In this document: one piece after another, positions 59,812 to 64,000 of the stretch
How positions within the stretch are numbered: position 1 is the first letter of the stretch
How the letters are laid out: each line of letters starts with the position of its first letter
From: Macrostomum hystrix
Lineage: Eukaryota; Animalia; Platyhelminthes
Assembly (NCBI GenBank): GCA_950097015.1
Contig: CATNEN010000038.1
Coordinates: forward strand, 27,528,001 to 27,592,000
Reading direction: 5' to 3'
DNA length: 64,000 nt
The notes under the pieces: model-generated
Told to the model about the DNA's origin: nothing
Seen by the model: only the letters and a program-made list of their open reading frames with translations
Database searches by the model: none
Made by a program: the position numbers and the translations under genes

Positions 59812-62800
59812 ATGAGTCAGCAGCAGCAGCAAGACGGTCAAGTGACCATAGTTGATGCAATAAAGAATGTCAATCTACTGGACAATCTGGACGCTTCAGA
59901 CAGCGTTTACTCAATCGAAGCTGCTCCAATTCCAATCTTGTTAAAGTCAGACACAGATCGAAACTTTCAGGACCGCAACGCCTATGTTGTTGGCGTGGCC
60001 AAGTATCTCGAAGAGGCCACGGTGCACGCGGAGATGACCGACCTTTTAAAGGAGGGCGAAGAGTTCGCTGTCATGCTGTACACTTGGCGATCTTGTTCCA
60101 GAGCGTTGCCACAGATTCGGTCTAACGAACAGTCTAATAAAAATGAGATTCACGAGAAAACCATTGAAGTGTTGCAGGAATATGCCAATCGTCTGATGAG
60201 ATTCATGCTGTTTCACAACAAGGCAATCAGTCGCTTCTGCGAGGATGTCAAACGATTGTGCTTGAATACTAAGCGTCAGGAGTTTGTTAGCGAGGCTTAT
60301 CTACTGACGCTAGGCAAGATGTTGAATATGTTTGCTGTGCTAGACGAGCTTAAAAACATGAAAGCATCCATGAAAAACGATTATTCGCATTATAAGCGCG
60401 CGGCGCAGTTTCTCAGGCGCATGACCGACCCTGCCGTGTTGCATGACGCTCAAACTCTTACTATGTTTCTAGCCGAACAGAATAAGATTCGCAAGACTCT
60501 TAAAGATGAACTGCAAAAGATTGAAGGCTTTGAAGATCTATTCGCCGAAGTGATTAACACCGCCGTCATGATGTACGAGAACAGGCTCTTTCTCTATCCA
60601 AGCGAGAAACACTTGCTAGTGAAGGTGATCGGCTTCAGCATCTTCATCATCAACACTAATCCTAACATCAACATTTACAAGATGGACGCCAAGCGGCGCA
60701 TTTGCATAGCCAAGATTGACGCCATCTTCAAGCAGTGCGAAGTGGTCAATCTCTACGGCGATATGAGCATCTCCCCGTTTGACGCCTACGTCAGCAAGAG
60801 TCAGTTCTTCGACCCGTCCAAGTGGCCAGAGTGTCGCAATCCGCGCACCTCAACACAGGGTCAACTTTTCATGGCGCTGCCGCGTTTGAAGCAGCAGCAC
60901 GCCGAGCTGATGTCCGAACTGGCCACCCGGACTAATCTGTCAACCACTGTCCAGCAGCTAAACAAGGCCGACGCAGAAAATAGACGCACCTACGATCTGG
61001 CTTTGAAATCTTTGAGCTATCTTGGCAGCTGGAGTTTGCTAATTGTTGACGTGTTCACTTGGAAGCTGGCTCACCTCACAGACGTTCGACAGAATCCCGA
61101 CATGCCTAAAGAGGCGGAGGACTACGCCAAGGCCACGCAGTACAACTACAGTCGGGAGGAGCGTTTTGCCATTGTCGAAGTGATCGCAATGATCAAGTCG
61201 GTGCAAGCTATTCTATTGCGCATGGAGACAATCCTAATGGACAGTGTTAAGCGCGCCATATATTATCAGTTACAAGATTTTGTACAGCGTCAATTGCGCG
61301 AACCCTTGCGCAAGGCTGCCAAAAATAAGCGCGAAGTTGTGAAAAGTATCATAGTGTCGATCCGCACTATGGCAACGCATATGGCTCAGCTGGACTCGTC
61401 GGGAGGTCCCCAGCTATCTGAAGATTTCTCAGCGTCGCACAAGAAAAGTAGCAAAGGTGGCCCAACTGAGCCAGAGATACGCATCATGCAGCGCAATGTG
61501 CCTCCTAGTTCCACGCAGTTGTACATGGTTCGCACCATGCTGGAATCGCTTATCGATCGAAGCGGAGGTAAGCACACGCTGCGCAAGGATGTTGATCCGC
61601 AGTCTCTTGCCGCTATCGACCAGTTCCACCGGGACAGCTACTTCTGGCCCTATCTATTGAACTATTCGGACACACTGCAACAGTGCTGCGATCTAAGCCA
61701 GCTTTGGTATCGAGAATTCTTCCTGGAGATGACCAACGGTGCTCATATTCAATTCGACATTGACATGTCCCTGCCTTGGCTGCTAACTAAACAGCTGCTT
61801 GATTCTAAGGATCCAGCCTACATGGAGTACCTTTTGTATCCGTTAGACCTATACAATGATAGCGCATTCTACGCCCTCACCAGATTTAGGCGCCAATTTC
61901 TCTACGACGAAATTGAAGCCGAAGCTAATCTAGGCTTCGACCAGTTAGTGATCTGTCTTAGCAAGGACATCTTCGCTTACTACAAGACCCTGGCCGCCAG
62001 CATCTTGCTTGACAAAGGCTTCAGAACCGAATGCAATCAGAAAGGCATGCGAATACAATATCCTGCACCTTGTCGGTACGAGACCCTTATCAATCAGCGT
62101 CACGTTCAACTTCTCGGTCGGAGCATCGATTTAAATCGTCTAATTGGCCAGCGCGCTAACAAATCACTGTTAGCTAGCCTTCAGGTGGCTGTTCAATTGT
62201 TTGAGTCTAAGGATATCACTGGTGAGTTGCTGTCTCGGCAACTGAAGAGTCGGCTAGATCCACCACAATTTCAATTTTTCTTGTTTGAGATTAAAACCTA
62301 TCGACCTTCGAGACTTTTCGAGCCGTGTACAAAAATGTGAATCTAGAGGTTGTAGCCTAGTGGTTAGGGCGTCGGACTCACGACTTGAAGGTCGGGGGTT
62401 CGATTCCCGACTCCACTGGAACAATTTGCGTCCTTTAGCAAGACACTTAACTCTGCATTGCTTCAGTTCACCCAGCTGTTATCCCAGCATCAGCTGGGAT
62501 AATTGAAGGTGGGTGTGGCGTCCCCCCAGTCCATGGACTGAACAGCTGTACGCAGCCTTCAGATGCGCCGCGCATTAGCTGCGGCTGTGCTGTCGGCTGC
62601 ACATCTGACCCAATTGGGGCAGGTGTAATAAAAAATGTGGGTCAACAACCTCCTAGGTAGAGTGAGAGTGTAGACTGTATGGAAATTAAAGTCGGAACAT
62701 ATGTTTAGTTAGGCCTCCAGTTCCCAGTCTCGCAATTCTTAGTGTCAACGCTAGCTTAAGAGCTTTTAAGCATTGTCTTTCTCAAATTGCAGGCGTCATC

Positions 62801-64000
62801 GAGTTGGAGCAGCTGATTGAAGTGTCTCGCCTAACTCACAAACTACTGCAAGAGGCCGGCCTTCAATTAGACGATTTCGATCAACTATTCAGCGAAGCTA
62901 ACGAAGAGGTCGCCGCCTCCTGTGGCAAAGTGACTCTGCATTGCTTCTGGGAGTTGCAATTAGACTTTGTGCCGCATTACTGCTACAACAGCAGCACCGG
63001 CCGTTTTGTGAAATCCACGCTTTCAATGGCTTCCGAGTCTGTTGAGAGGGCGCCATTTCCCAAGGATATGCAGGACGAGCTGCTGTTCGGCAATGCCCGC
63101 TTAAATAAGGCCTTTGGCGCTGTGCTCGGCCTATACGACAGGTGTGCATTTTTAGTCTATAGTGGCTGGTTATGAAATCTGAATTCATTAGACTGCATCA
63201 GTTAACCTCTACATAGTGATATCTTGAGACTGATGCCCCTTAAGAGACTGAAGTAAAGTATCTGAAATGATCAGAATAAATGTGTACGAAAGGGAATCAA
63301 TATTCCTTTTTAAAGGCATCAAAAATGTACTAAATGTGATCTAAATGTGTACTTGAGCCGATCAGAATGAATGTCTATTGAAGAATTGCAACTAATATTG
63401 ACAATATTAGTACACAGGTGTGTACATCTGCCCTGACTTTCTCATCGTCAGGCAATGTACACACTTCACTGTGCCTTGGAGGTTGACCCTCAAGAGCGTA
63501 AATTGCACGACAAGCCCTAAAGCCTTCTGTCCGCGGAATCGAGCTCAGGACCTTGGTCCAAAAGGTCACTCAGCTCCAAATTCCAACCGAACTTTTAGAT
63601 TTGTCGGTCCGCCCCACTTTGCCGCAATGTGCCGTCTCCTTGGTTACAATGGCATCGGTACGATTGTTAGCGAAATGTTGAAAGCGGTTCGCGGCCTGTT
63701 GGAGAACACGCTGGCCGCATATCTGGTTGAGTTGCGCAAGCTCATGCCGAAGGATTGCAAACTGCAGCGATTCGATTACACTAGTCCTGGCATTCTAGGC
63801 TACTATTGCGCCCAGCTCAGACCGATCATCGCTCACCCGGATCTGCGCACCGAGGTGTTTCAAGCGTTTCGAGAATTCGGCAATACAGTCCTAGCCTGCC
63901 TGATGATGGAGCAAAGCTTAACCATTGAAGAGGTCTGCGATTTGAAGCACGCCGCCGCTTTTCAGGAGACCATACCCAAACCCTTTGTGCCGCCGCCTAA
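59812..64000 (+). CDS. CYFIP: cytoplasmic FMR1-interacting protein (Sra-1, WAVE complex); exons 59812-62221, 62793-63141, 63599->64000; 3' incomplete
   Basis: NFQDRNAY, MLYTWRSCSRALPQ, NMFAVLDELKNMK, PSSTQLYMVRTMLESLI, DLSQLWYREFFLE, QFLYDEIEAE, QRHVQLLGRSIDLNRLI, FVGPPHF; phases consistent. Confidence 0.97.
62345..62630 (+). mobile_element. SINE family A, near full length
   Basis: Nearly identical to the copy at 37565, with a small internal deletion. Confidence 0.9.
63411..63572 (-). mobile_element. SINE family B fragment just upstream of a CYFIP acceptor
   Basis: Reverse-complement similarity. Confidence 0.8.

Overview
Eukaryotic (invertebrate animal) genomic DNA with GC-rich exons, AT-rich GT-AG introns and many minisatellites and SINEs. 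The style resembles a free-living flatworm such as Macrostomum, but that is inference only. Genes reconstructed by hand: the 3' exons of a neurocalcin/NCS EF-hand gene (+); a small Ig-domain single-pass membrane protein (-); a 14-exon aldehyde oxidase/xanthine dehydrogenase-family molybdo-flavoenzyme (-); SFT2 (-); PAICS (+); a NuMA/Hook-like CH + coiled-coil protein with a 12x16-aa Cys/Pro repeat (+); two convergent intronless C-type lectin/PAN genes; and CYFIP (+, runs off the window). The most notable unannotated system is a tandemly amplified snoRNA cluster in PAICS introns 2 and 3. It holds five copies of a C/D-box RNA that appears to join two 18S rRNA methylation guides (SNORD100-like and snR52/SNORD83-like), interleaved with four copies of a ~175-nt H/ACA-type RNA whose target I could not assign. 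Mobile DNA is deeply nested: a solo LTR inside an RTE-like LINE inside a decayed ORF, a hAT-like MITE inside a Mutator-like MITE, and a SINE inside a SINE, each with identifiable target-site duplications. SINE fragments also appear to supply splice signals.
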